Notes: a model not told the origin generated them from the letters alone. A stretch of DNA of 20,746 bases from Candidatus Hermodarchaeota archaeon (GCA_016839365.1 JAEOUH010000026.1:1-20746), one strand, 5' to 3'. Shown: positions 8,066 through 16,978, counted from the first letter of the stretch. Made by a program: numbers and translations.

Positions 8066-9409
8066 ATGAAACGTGATGCAGAAGAGCTGTTAAAAGAACT
8101 TTGCCCCGACTTGACTATCACCAAAAACATGAAAGAATGGGTGCAACGTGCCGAACAAGTGGTTGCTAAGACGACCCAAAGCCGTGATATCTTCCCTGTA
8201 GTTGACCACACACAAGGCGAAGGTCCTTGGATTTATGACTTGAAAGGAAACCAATATCTGGACGTGACAGCAGGAGTCGCAGTACGCGCCCTAGGAATTC
8301 GAAACCCTGTTGTAAAGGATTTCGAACAACGTATTAGCGATTATCTACGTCAAGTCCCAGGTCACGATTTCGACCTCATTCCCCAAATCCTTCTCGCTGA
8401 AAGGCTAACAAGCATTACACCAGGAGATCATGCCAAAGAAGTCTTCTTTACCACTAGTGGTGGACGGGCAGTTGAATCCGCACTTAAGTCAGTAATGGAT
8501 AATAGTCACCGCTTCCGCTTCGTTGCCTTTCGTCCCGCCTTCCACGGACGAACCGGCTATACACTAGCTCTGACCGCTAGCAAACACATCCAAAAGAATT
8601 TCTTTCCCCAAGGATTAGATGTGATTCGTGGACCTTATCCCTACTGTTTCCGTTGCCCATTCAAACAAGAAGAAAAAACCTGTAATCTCGAATGCATCGA
8701 TTATCTGCGTGACAGCATTGAATACGGCGGAACCGACATCGCTGCAATCGTCTTAGAACCTATCTGTGGTGAAGGCGGAATCATCCCCGCACCCGTGAAA
8801 TGGTTCAAAGAAATCCGCAAACTAGCCGATGAACTCGACACCAAGATTATTAGTGACGAAATCCAAGCTGGGCTAGGTCGCACGGGAAAGTGGTGGAGTA
8901 TCGAGCATGGTGGCATTGTCCCCGAATATATTTGCACAGCTAAAGCCTTAGGCGGAGGATTCCCCTTTGGCGCTGCCATCGGACCCAAACCCCTCTTCAC
9001 AGATTACAGTCGTCATTCAGAAACCTTCGGGGCAGAACCATACGTTTCCCTTCTCTCCTTATCTGTCCTCCGAACCATTGAAAGCGATGGACTACTCGAC
9101 AATGCGACTAAGCGTGGTCGACAACTCATCAAAGGTCTTACTGAGATTCAAGAATCAAGTAACATCATCGGTGATGTACGTGGACGGGGTCTGATGTGTG
9201 CCGTTGAAATCGTAACCGACAAAACAACGAACACCTATGATCCAAAGAAACGCCATGCGGTCATAAACAATGCTGTTAATAAACAACGACTCTGGATTCT
9301 GGGAGCTGGTCGAAGCAGTATTCGCTTCATCCCACCATTAAACATTACGGCGGAGCAAATTGACATCGCCCTCGAACGCTTTGGCAAAGCGGTGAAATCC
9401 GTTAAATAA
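8066..9409 (+). CDS. Class III PLP-dependent aminotransferase (4-aminobutyrate/ornithine/acetylornithine aminotransferase-like)
   Basis: Motifs GPWIYDLKGNQYLD, AFHGRT, LEPICGEGG, SDEIQAGLGRTG, PLP Lys in TAKALGGG, GDVRGRGLM and IRFIPPL. SD GGTGA. Confidence 0.93.
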   Translation: MKRDAEELLKELCPDLTITKNMKEWVQRAEQVVAKTTQSRDIFPVVDHTQGEGPWIYDLKGNQYLDVTAGVAVRALGIRNPVVKDFEQRISDYLRQVPGHDFDLIPQILLAERLTSITPGDHAKEVFFTTSGGRAVESALKSVMDNSHRFRFVAFRPAFHGRTGYTLALTASKHIQKNFFPQGLDVIRGPYPYCFRCPFKQEEKTCNLECIDYLRDSIEYGGTDIAAIVLEPICGEGGIIPAPVKWFKEIRKLADELDTKIISDEIQAGLGRTGKWWSIEHGGIVPEYICTAKALGGGFPFGAAIGPKPLFTDYSRHSETFGAEPYVSLLSLSVLRTIESDGLLDNATKRGRQLIKGLTEIQESSNIIGDVRGRGLMCAVEIVTDKTTNTYDPKKRHAVINNAVNKQRLWILGAGRSSIRFIPPLNITAEQIDIALERFGKAVKSVK

Positions 9410-9433
9410 TCCATCTAAAGAGGATGCATACCC

Positions 9434-9649
9434 ATGAAATTGAATCCAAGTCAGCTTATCTATGTCGCTGTAACCTTTGCTATCATAGGGATTATCATCT
9501 TCATCGCCGGACCCTTTCTCCCCATACCCGCCATCATCACATTAACCATTGGCTCCATCTGCTTTGTCATTGTCATCGTGGCTGCGATTCTTGCTATGTG
9601 CACCTATCAACGTGGCTACGCCCAATCCCGTGGCCGCGAAGTCTTTTAG
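9434..9649 (+). CDS. Small two-TM hypothetical membrane protein
   Basis: 71 aa with two clear hydrophobic helices and a basic C-terminal tail. Starts 24 nt after the aminotransferase stop, with a GAGG SD. Confidence 0.7.
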   Translation: MKLNPSQLIYVAVTFAIIGIIIFIAGPFLPIPAIITLTIGSICFVIVIVAAILAMCTYQRGYAQSRGREVF

Positions 9650-9687
9650 TTTTAGAATTCACTAGCAAACGCGTTGGTCCTTAAAGT

Positions 9688-9733
9688 AGAGAAAAAGATG
9701 AGTAGAAGGGTGGGTGTAATTCCACCCCTACTC
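9688..9733 (-). terminator. GC-rich hairpin followed by a pyrimidine/U tract downstream of the SCP2 gene
   Basis: The minus strand reads GAGTAG-GGGTGG-aattacac-CCACCC-tt-CTACTC-a-TCTTTTTCTCT, a 12-bp stem with a 2-nt bulge. It lies between convergent genes. Confidence 0.6.
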
Positions 9734-9794
9734 GAATCCAAGCATCGAAAACAACGGTGCGTTGGTGATAAGAGTTTCAGAACAGTTGACCGGT

Positions 9795-10115
9795 TTAGCC
9801 GAGTTTGAAGACGCTTTGGAGCTTCATCAGGTGGCTCATGTCACCCTGTGACTTGAGTTTGCCTGACATGAAAGCGGCTACGGCGTTGAGCTGGCCGTTA
9901 GTGATGGCCATCCAGTCGTCTTTGCTGATGGTGATGATCAGATCTGCTTTGGTGGCAGGGCCTTCGCCCCAGTCAATTTTCTGGTCTGCGATGGTGATGT
10001 TGTATTTGGCGTCGCCTTGGATGTCCATTTCGATTACGCAATTCCAGCCTGCAGCCGCGGCGGAGTCAAATGTTCCAACCATGGCTTCTAAGCCTTCTTT
10101 TGGAGTGTCTACCAA
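9795..10115 (-). CDS. SCP2 (sterol carrier protein 2) lipid-binding domain protein
   Basis: 106 aa. ADLIITISKDDWMAITNGQLNAVAAFMSGKLKSQGDM..LMKL is the SCP2 signature. TTG start with SD AGGTGA. Confidence 0.92.
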   Translation of the reverse strand: MVDTPKEGLEAMVGTFDSAAAAGWNCVIEMDIQGDAKYNITIADQKIDWGEGPATKADLIITISKDDWMAITNGQLNAVAAFMSGKLKSQGDMSHLMKLQSVFKLG

Positions 10116-10212
10116 TAGAATTCACCTATGAATATAGGAAGTTCTGCCAATGTTGAGTCGGGATGGTTTAAAAGCATAACTTACCGGTTAGAATTTTACA
10201 GAATTGAGAAAA

Positions 10213-10902
10213 TTATCGGTGAGAAATGATATACCGGCAGTTATGAGCTCCTTTTGCTATGGCTTGATCGTGTATTACAGTGAGTGCTTTATCATGATAA
10301 TTGGCTAAGTGGGATATGAGACTTTCATGGAATCGACAGATTGTTCCAGGATACTCTGAGGACACAGCATAATAGACACAATTGTTCACGTGGACATAGA
10401 ATCCATTTTCGAATGGTGTATGTTCAGCATAACATCCTTGTTCGTTAATGTAGCCACAAATAGCTTGCACTATCTGTTCAAGAGTTTTAGGCTGGATTTC
10501 TTCCTTTTCCCACTCCATTGAAAGTCGTTCTGCTTCAACCTTTGCTGCTCGATCAAGAAGCCCTGCAACATGCTCAGGACCGTCCTCTTTCATAATTTGA
10601 CTAACCAGTGTCAATGCGAGATGTTTAAACTGACGAGGTGGAATGAAGAGCTGCAAACCTTTATCGATACGAAAATATGTGGCAGGGCGTCCCCGTTGTA
10701 CATGTCTCTCTGTGTCAGTAGCTTCAACGACGACACCCAAATTGAGAAGTCGCTGAAGGCTGTTACGGACGGCGGTATAGCTTAATCCAGTCTCTTTGGC
10801 TATTCCATCTATGGTCACTTTCGGTTTCACGACGATGGTTTCCACGATTCGTTGATCGATTTCGTATCGGTCCATCTCGCGACCGATTGCACGTTTTGAC
10901 AT
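10213..10902 (-). CDS. Winged-HTH transcriptional regulator with Cys-containing C-terminal domain (SufR/COG2345-like, V4R-like fold)
   Basis: HTH TIDGIAKETGLSYTAVRNSLQRL, wing RGRPATYF, C-terminal NNC-x13-CRFH-...-GAHNCRY. ATG at 10902 with GGGTGT upstream is preferred over TTG at 10914. Confidence 0.85.
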   Translation of the reverse strand: MSKRAIGREMDRYEIDQRIVETIVVKPKVTIDGIAKETGLSYTAVRNSLQRLLNLGVVVEATDTERHVQRGRPATYFRIDKGLQLFIPPRQFKHLALTLVSQIMKEDGPEHVAGLLDRAAKVEAERLSMEWEKEEIQPKTLEQIVQAICGYINEQGCYAEHTPFENGFYVHVNNCVYYAVSSEYPGTICRFHESLISHLANYHDKALTVIHDQAIAKGAHNCRYIISHR

Positions 10903-11009
10903 GAATACACCCAACCAGCCAGAGGAGAAACTGACGAAAGAGTTGTCTGTAATTTATCTAAGTCAGACTCTAGAGTTTCTATTTCTTGTCTTCCTGCAAT
11001 TAAATTCTT

Positions 11010-12203
11010 CTATTTTGCCACCGGTACACGTTCAAGTTCAGAGATAGCGTTGATGACCATTTCAGGGATGTTTAAGGCTGCTTCTGCTTCATGGATTTGG
11101 TCCAAAAGTGCTGCAATGCTTGGTTGTTTTGGTACTGCAAAGCAATCGCCCACATCTTGACTCGAAACATCGTAGCTTCCGATACGACGGGCTAAATCCA
11201 TCGTCTGACTTTTATCTATTCCAATCAAGGGACGGAAGATGGGTAAAGCAACCACTGAATCCAACACGGCTAGATTATCTAATGTTTGTGAGGCTACCTG
11301 ACCCAAGGTTTCACCAGTCACCAAAGCCTTCGCCCCCTCTTGGGCTGCCACAATGGCTCCCATCCGATACATCATCCGTTTACACAGGATACAAGTAATC
11401 TTTGGATGCTTGGATTTTGATAATTGGCGAAGAATCTCATAATAAGGCATAATTAGTAGTTCTACTTTGTTGTGCGGAATCCACTCCGCTAGTATCTTGG
11501 CACTTTGTAAAGCTCGGGTTCGCAAGGATTGCTGTGGGGGAACATCGGAATCAAAGTATAACGGAATAACCCGTGCTCCACGTTTCATCATGAGCCATTG
11601 TGCGACGGGGCTATCGATCCCTCCTGAATGAAGGCCCAGAACCGTGCCTTGAGACCCATAGGGGAGACCCCCTGGTCCTTCAATAATGGTGTTAAAGATG
11701 TAGCTTGATTTCTCACGGATTTCGATATGTATTTCAACATCTGGATTATTCAGGTCAACGGGGGCTGCTGGTTGATTCTTTCCTGTCACCTCGATGATGG
11801 CAGCTCCGACTTGGGATGCAATTTCCTGACTCGTAAAGGGGTGGGTTTTAACGCGTCGGACTCTAACGGCAAAGCTCTGCCCCTCTGAAATGAAACTAGG
11901 AGTGAGTTCCTTAACCTGATTGATAATCTTATCAGGATTGGATGAAACCGTCCAGACTGGGCTCGTCGAGACAACGCCAAAAACTCGCGATGCCGCATGT
12001 GCCACCACTTCAGCATCTGTTGTCTGGATGAAAAAGCGTCCACGCTCACGAATGATCATAGAATAGCTCGCTGCTTGACGTGTTAACATAACACCTAAGT
12101 GATTACTTAGTAAGCCCTCAAGGTGACGGCGAATACCAGGAGTTTTCAAACCGATTTCGCCATACCGAACAAGGACACTATCGGGATTCGAAGGTGTTGA
12201 CAC
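11010..12203 (-). CDS. thiI: tRNA 4-thiouridine(8) synthase ThiI
   Basis: N-terminal VRYGEIGLK, THUMP domain (SFAVRVRR, VDLNNPD), GPGGLPYGSQG, PP-loop SGGIDSPVA, CILC, TGETLGQVASQTL, RPLIG and GDC. No rhodanese domain. GTG start with GGTGA SD. Confidence 0.96.
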   Translation of the reverse strand: MSTPSNPDSVLVRYGEIGLKTPGIRRHLEGLLSNHLGVMLTRQAASYSMIIRERGRFFIQTTDAEVVAHAASRVFGVVSTSPVWTVSSNPDKIINQVKELTPSFISEGQSFAVRVRRVKTHPFTSQEIASQVGAAIIEVTGKNQPAAPVDLNNPDVEIHIEIREKSSYIFNTIIEGPGGLPYGSQGTVLGLHSGGIDSPVAQWLMMKRGARVIPLYFDSDVPPQQSLRTRALQSAKILAEWIPHNKVELLIMPYYEILRQLSKSKHPKITCILCKRMMYRMGAIVAAQEGAKALVTGETLGQVASQTLDNLAVLDSVVALPIFRPLIGIDKSQTMDLARRIGSYDVSSQDVGDCFAVPKQPSIAALLDQIHEAEAALNIPEMVINAISELERVPVAK

Positions 12204-12250
12204 AGCGGGTTCACCAGGATCTCATAACATCTTGAAGGAAGGCAGCAGGC

Positions 12251-12260
12251 TTTTTTTATA
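12251..12260 (+). promoter_or_regulatory. Candidate archaeal TATA box for a leaderless methyltransferase transcript
   Basis: TTTTTTTATA ends 21 nt before the ATG at 12282, and no SD precedes the ATG. Confidence 0.45.
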
Positions 12261-12281
12261 CTTTCTTTATTTTCATTACTT

Positions 12282-13586
12282 ATGACTTCTTCAGAGCGTG
12301 TTTCGTGTTTCTACTGTTCCAAATATGCCCACGTGGTTAAGGGGTATCCTTTGAACGAAGCATCCCATGACGCAAGCTCATTTACTCCTCGTTGTTCCCT
12401 CCACTGGAAATATGAGTGCAATACCTGTGGGGAACTGAAACACTTCAACGGGATTGCCTGGTGTTCTACGTGTGAGACGTTTACCTGTTTAACCTGTGTT
12501 GAAGAAAGAATGGTCCAAAAAGAATTCCTAATCTATGATTACTACTACACCATTCCCTGTGCAAATTGTGGGAACATGAATCCGGCATTAGATTTCGCAG
12601 AATACGACGGAGCTCATCCCTTTCAAGTGGGAGCGCTTCAATTTGAAGAAGGTATTGATATTTGGAAGCCTAGCCCGACAGATGAGATTGTCATGCAAGA
12701 GTTTCCTCATAAGGCTTGGGGGCGTGAAAGAGTTCTTTCACTTGGAAAACGTGGACACTGGAAGAGGCTAGACTCGCTTGACGATATCAGTCCAATAACC
12801 CTATGGGACGAGGCAGCTCCCGTTTGGGTGTCCTTTATGGAGGAGGGCGGAGATTACCATCACAAATACATCATTTTGCCTGAAGTATATCGCCTGATTG
12901 ATGCACAGCAAGACGAGAAAATTTTAGATGTTGCCTGTGGCGAAGGAACTGTAGCCCGGCATCTAGCCAAAAATGGAGCAAAGGTCACCGGGATAGACAT
13001 GTCTAAAATGCTGGATTTTGCCATTAAAAGAGAAGAAAAGGAGCAACTGGGCATTAGCTTTGTGAGGCTCAACGCCACACAGCTTTCGGAGAAGTTCAGC
13101 GCAGGCTCTTTTGATAAAATAATGTGCAATATGGCGTTAATGGACATTGATGATTACGAAAGGGTACTCCAGCAGATATCTCAGGTGTTAAAGGAAAATG
13201 GCATCTTCGTGTTTAGTATTCTCCATCCAGCATTCAGTTGGCCTGCATGTAACACGATTAGGGTTCCTGGTGATAGCCAAAGAAATGAAGATCGGATGAA
13301 AGTTGTCATCGATTACTTCGATGAAAGACCGGTGCTCTATACCGATACACCACCAACGATTCAATTCACCAGACCGATAAGTGCATACTTCAATGAACTG
13401 GTTACCAACAATTTCGCGGTTGTTGAGATGAGTGAACCAAAGGCCTCTGAAGAAGTGGTTCAACAATTCCCAAGAAAAGCCTACCTCGATGATCAAATGG
13501 TACCCGACTTTCTCATCGTAAAGGCGATGAAGAAATCAGCTTCTAGTCAGAATCCAAAAAATCCAGCTTTTGTCAATTACAGGTAA
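12282..13586 (+). CDS. Class I SAM-dependent methyltransferase with N-terminal Cys-rich (multi-zinc) domain
   Basis: SAM motif I ILDVACGEG, VTGIDMS, SFDKIMCNMALMD and LKENGIFVFSILHP. The N-terminus carries five CxxC and one CxxH. Confidence 0.9.
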   Translation: MTSSERVSCFYCSKYAHVVKGYPLNEASHDASSFTPRCSLHWKYECNTCGELKHFNGIAWCSTCETFTCLTCVEERMVQKEFLIYDYYYTIPCANCGNMNPALDFAEYDGAHPFQVGALQFEEGIDIWKPSPTDEIVMQEFPHKAWGRERVLSLGKRGHWKRLDSLDDISPITLWDEAAPVWVSFMEEGGDYHHKYIILPEVYRLIDAQQDEKILDVACGEGTVARHLAKNGAKVTGIDMSKMLDFAIKREEKEQLGISFVRLNATQLSEKFSAGSFDKIMCNMALMDIDDYERVLQQISQVLKENGIFVFSILHPAFSWPACNTIRVPGDSQRNEDRMKVVIDYFDERPVLYTDTPPTIQFTRPISAYFNELVTNNFAVVEMSEPKASEEVVQQFPRKAYLDDQMVPDFLIVKAMKKSASSQNPKNPAFVNYR

Positions 13587-13671
13587 ATCCATTTATTAGC
13601 CCAAATGTGCTGTTGATGAGAAAAGGACCTTCTTACCTCGTAAGGTCTGAATTATCAAAGAGTGGTCAGTA

Positions 13672-15087
13672 ATGGATTCAATTGAAACACAAATCGATCG
13701 CTTCTTTAATCCAAAAAGCGTCGCAATCATTGGAGCATCTCGACGTCCAGGACGCATCGGGCATATCATCATCGAGCAAATGGTCGCTGCCAAATTCCCT
13801 GGACGAATATACCTAATCAATCCCGAGGCAGCCAAGAAAGGACACCATATCCTTGGCATCAAAACCTATGGCTCCCTTAAAGACTGTGGAGGGCCAGTAG
13901 AATTAGCAATCATCGTTATTCCTGCCAAGTATGTCCCATTGGCCATGAAGGAGTGCGTTGAGAAGAAGGTCCCCAATGTCATCATCGTCTCTGGGGGATT
14001 CCGCGAATCGGGACCCGATGGTGTAAAACTCGAAAATGAGGTCCTTGAGCTAGCGAATCAAGGGAATATTCGGATTCTTGGACCCAACTGCTTAGGTACA
14101 TTCAGTCCTAGTACTCATATTGATACGCTATTTCTTCCTGCAAGTACCACACCTCGACCCGATATTGGGCGAATATCATTTCTCTCCCAGTCAGGGTCTG
14201 TCGGTGGTTCGGTGATGAGTTTCGCCTATAACGAAAAAATTGGATTCAGTAAATTTGTTAGCTTTGGAAACGCCATTGACGTCGACGAAGGAGATCTCAT
14301 CGATTACCTAGAAGATGATGAAGATACTCAAGTGACCGGACTTTACTTAGAATCCATTAACCGTGGGCGAAAATTCATCGAGATCTGTAAACGCGCCTCG
14401 AAAATTAAACCTTTCATTGTCATCAAAGCCGGACGCAGTGAGGCCGGCACACGAGCCGTTTCCAGCCATACCGGCTCCCTCGCCGGTACTGACCGAATCT
14501 ATGATGCCGCCTTTGAAGCCGCAGGCATTATTCGTGTAAAAACCATCGGTGAGTTTTTTGATGTTGCGCGTGCGCTTGCTAACCAACCACCGGCTAAAGG
14601 AAAACGCATTGGGGTTATTACCAGTGGAGGAGGTTTCGGTGTGATGACCTTAGATGCATTGGCAGATTATAACCTTGAAGCCCCTGAACTCTCAAAAGAT
14701 TTGCAGAAGCGCCTTCATACAAAGTTACCTAATTTCTACTCGGTTCGAAATCCCGTTGACCTGACTGGATCAGCGACGGCAGAGCAATTTGCTTTTTCGA
14801 TGAACACACTTTTAGATAGCGATGAAATTGATGGGATTATTGTGATTCCTCTCTTCATGACTCCCTTACTTGATGCTGAACAGGTGAGTCAAGCGATTGT
14901 CGAAGCCTCTGAACAACGCAAGAAACCTGTCGTGGTGGTCTCGGTTCCCTCAACAAAGGAAATTCGTGAGCGGATGTTTAAACTCCGATTAGCCGGTGTT
15001 CCATCCTATCATCTTCCCATGCGTGGAGCCCGAGGCATGGCAGCACTTGTTGAATACGGAGAAATACTGCAACGGCCCACAGAATAG
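13672..15087 (+). CDS. acdA: ADP-forming acetate/acyl-CoA ligase, alpha subunit
   Basis: FFNPKSVAIIGAS, ILGPNCLG, SQSG, phospho-His motif SHTGSLAG, ITSGGGFG and NPVDLTG. 471 aa with no ATP-grasp (beta) domain. Confidence 0.92.
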   Translation: MDSIETQIDRFFNPKSVAIIGASRRPGRIGHIIIEQMVAAKFPGRIYLINPEAAKKGHHILGIKTYGSLKDCGGPVELAIIVIPAKYVPLAMKECVEKKVPNVIIVSGGFRESGPDGVKLENEVLELANQGNIRILGPNCLGTFSPSTHIDTLFLPASTTPRPDIGRISFLSQSGSVGGSVMSFAYNEKIGFSKFVSFGNAIDVDEGDLIDYLEDDEDTQVTGLYLESINRGRKFIEICKRASKIKPFIVIKAGRSEAGTRAVSSHTGSLAGTDRIYDAAFEAAGIIRVKTIGEFFDVARALANQPPAKGKRIGVITSGGGFGVMTLDALADYNLEAPELSKDLQKRLHTKLPNFYSVRNPVDLTGSATAEQFAFSMNTLLDSDEIDGIIVIPLFMTPLLDAEQVSQAIVEASEQRKKPVVVVSVPSTKEIRERMFKLRLAGVPSYHLPMRGARGMAALVEYGEILQRPTE

Positions 15088-15093
15088 CTCAGA

Positions 15094-15774
15094 TCACAGT
15101 GAGGTGAACTGGAGAAGTTCAACAAGATTAGTAATTGTCAAATTAGGTGGTGGTTTAAGATTAGTGGGTGTCTGTTGTCCAGGTCGATCAACTAATACAG
15201 TAATCATACCCACGCGATTTCCCCCAATAATATCACTGCTTGAATCGCCGACCATTACTGCTTCTTTTGGATTTGCTTGGAGATTACGTAAACAACGGAG
15301 AAAGCCATCTGGCTCTGGTTTGGCAATATGTTGTTCTACAGTCCCCAACATCACAAAATCATCGAAGAATCCTTCCAAATTAAACGCTTTCACTTCCAAC
15401 CAAGCAATATCAGGTGGCGTGTTCGTGAGGAGTCCCAGAGAAAACCGTTCGGCAAGGTTTTCTAATATGTCAACATCATCAAAGAGTTGAATTTCTCCAT
15501 CTTCGATTAGTGCCTTTCGCTGTTCAAAATCGAGGACATCAAACCGATGGATAAAGCTTGAGTAATCCTCTACTCCCCAGCTTTTAATCTCCGACTCAAA
15601 ATTGCTACCCGTATGCCAAATAGCTTTACGAGTATCTTGTGGAGGATGAGGAATCCCAAACTCATCTAATGTTTCAATTAGTAACTGGTCGAAATGTTGC
15701 CACATTTCAGGAAGCTTCACTAATGTTCCATCTAAATCAAACAACATCGCCTTTATTGAAGTTTGATACAGCAT
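15094..15774 (-). CDS. HAD-IA hydrolase (phosphoglycolate-phosphatase-like)
   Basis: Motifs LFDLDGTL, LLTN, AKPEPDG and MVGDSSSDIIGG...GM.TVLV. Confidence 0.9.
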   Translation of the reverse strand: MLYQTSIKAMLFDLDGTLVKLPEMWQHFDQLLIETLDEFGIPHPPQDTRKAIWHTGSNFESEIKSWGVEDYSSFIHRFDVLDFEQRKALIEDGEIQLFDDVDILENLAERFSLGLLTNTPPDIAWLEVKAFNLEGFFDDFVMLGTVEQHIAKPEPDGFLRCLRNLQANPKEAVMVGDSSSDIIGGNRVGMITVLVDRPGQQTPTNLKPPPNLTITNLVELLQFTSL

Positions 15775-15883
15775 CCTTTGAACTCCTGCGAAGCAATCCG
15801 TTGCAGCCGAGTTAATCCGATACCGATTCCCAAAACTCTTTTGGTCTCTTGATTCGATTATTTGAATATTTGGAGGTTAGATA

Positions 15884-16978
15884 ATGCGAGTTCGAATTGA
15901 AGGGCAGACATTGGATCTTCTTGCTGTTCAAATGGAAGATTACATTGTGACCATGATTGATCAAAGATGGTTACCGTTTAAATTTGAACTTAGGCGTCTG
16001 ACTTCTTGGCAGGATACAGTAAAAGCGATTAAAGACTTGGTCACTCGTGGGGCTGGTTCTGTAGGAGTCGCAGGTGCGTTTGCTATGGCACAAGCTGCTC
16101 ATGAGATTCAAACCACATTAGTGTTAGAATTTAACCATCTATTTCAGGAAGCTGCAAAGGTTATACTAAGCGCACGGCCAACTGCAGTAACCCTATCAGC
16201 AGCAGTATACGCTTGTCTTTCAGCTGCTGAAAAAGGGACAACAATAGCGGAAAAACAGGCAAATGTTGACAGAGTTGCCAATCAGATTTTAGCCTCGGAT
16301 ATTTCTGCATCGCAGGCGATGGGAAAACATGGATCAGCTCTGCTAAAACCCCAGAGCCGAGTTCTTACTCATTGTAATACCGGTGGACTTGGTATACAGG
16401 ATCATGGATCTGCCCTTAGTGTCATTAGGCAAGCATACGAGATAGGAAATCTGGCACTGGTCTATGTATCTGAAACCAGACCCTGGCTTCAGGGAAGCCG
16501 CCTAACAACTTGGGAGTTACAACAATATGAAATCCCCCATCAGTTGCTCGTCGATAGTGCCTGTGGGCACCTTTTTAGAAAAGGTGTGGTCGATGCTGTT
16601 ATTGTGGGGGCCGATCGAATTGTTGCTAATGGTGATGTAGCAAATAAAATCGGGACTTATGAGAAGGCGCTCCTTGCCCATGTTCATAATGTTCCATTCT
16701 ATGTTGCCGCTCCTCTTTCTACTTTTGATTTTGATATTTCCACTGGCGATCAGATTCCGATTGAAGAGCGTCCTGCAAAAGAGGTACGAACTGTAGTTGG
16801 GCGACTTCCAAATGGAGGAATAGGTCCTGTGCAAGTTGCGCCAGATCGAACTGAAGCACTCAATCCCGTTTTTGATGTGACGCCTGCAAGGTATGTGACA
16901 GGTTTCATCACTGAAAAAGGAGTCTTAACAAAAATCAAACCCAAACAAATATCAAAATTCGTAAGGAAAATGGGGTAA
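15884..16978 (+). CDS. mtnA: S-methyl-5-thioribose-1-phosphate isomerase (eIF2B-related family)
   Basis: DQRWLP, RGAG, RPTAV, LTHCN, ETRPWLQGSRLTTWEL, GADRI..NGD.ANKIGTY, IPIEER and NPVFDVTP. SD GGAGGT. Confidence 0.92.
   Translation: MRVRIEGQTLDLLAVQMEDYIVTMIDQRWLPFKFELRRLTSWQDTVKAIKDLVTRGAGSVGVAGAFAMAQAAHEIQTTLVLEFNHLFQEAAKVILSARPTAVTLSAAVYACLSAAEKGTTIAEKQANVDRVANQILASDISASQAMGKHGSALLKPQSRVLTHCNTGGLGIQDHGSALSVIRQAYEIGNLALVYVSETRPWLQGSRLTTWELQQYEIPHQLLVDSACGHLFRKGVVDAVIVGADRIVANGDVANKIGTYEKALLAHVHNVPFYVAAPLSTFDFDISTGDQIPIEERPAKEVRTVVGRLPNGGIGPVQVAPDRTEALNPVFDVTPARYVTGFITEKGVLTKIKPKQISKFVRKMG

Noticed and set aside
13626-13647. GACCTT-N10-AAGGTC dyad upstream of acdA
   Set aside because: The 6-bp arms are within chance expectation and there is no second copy in the window.
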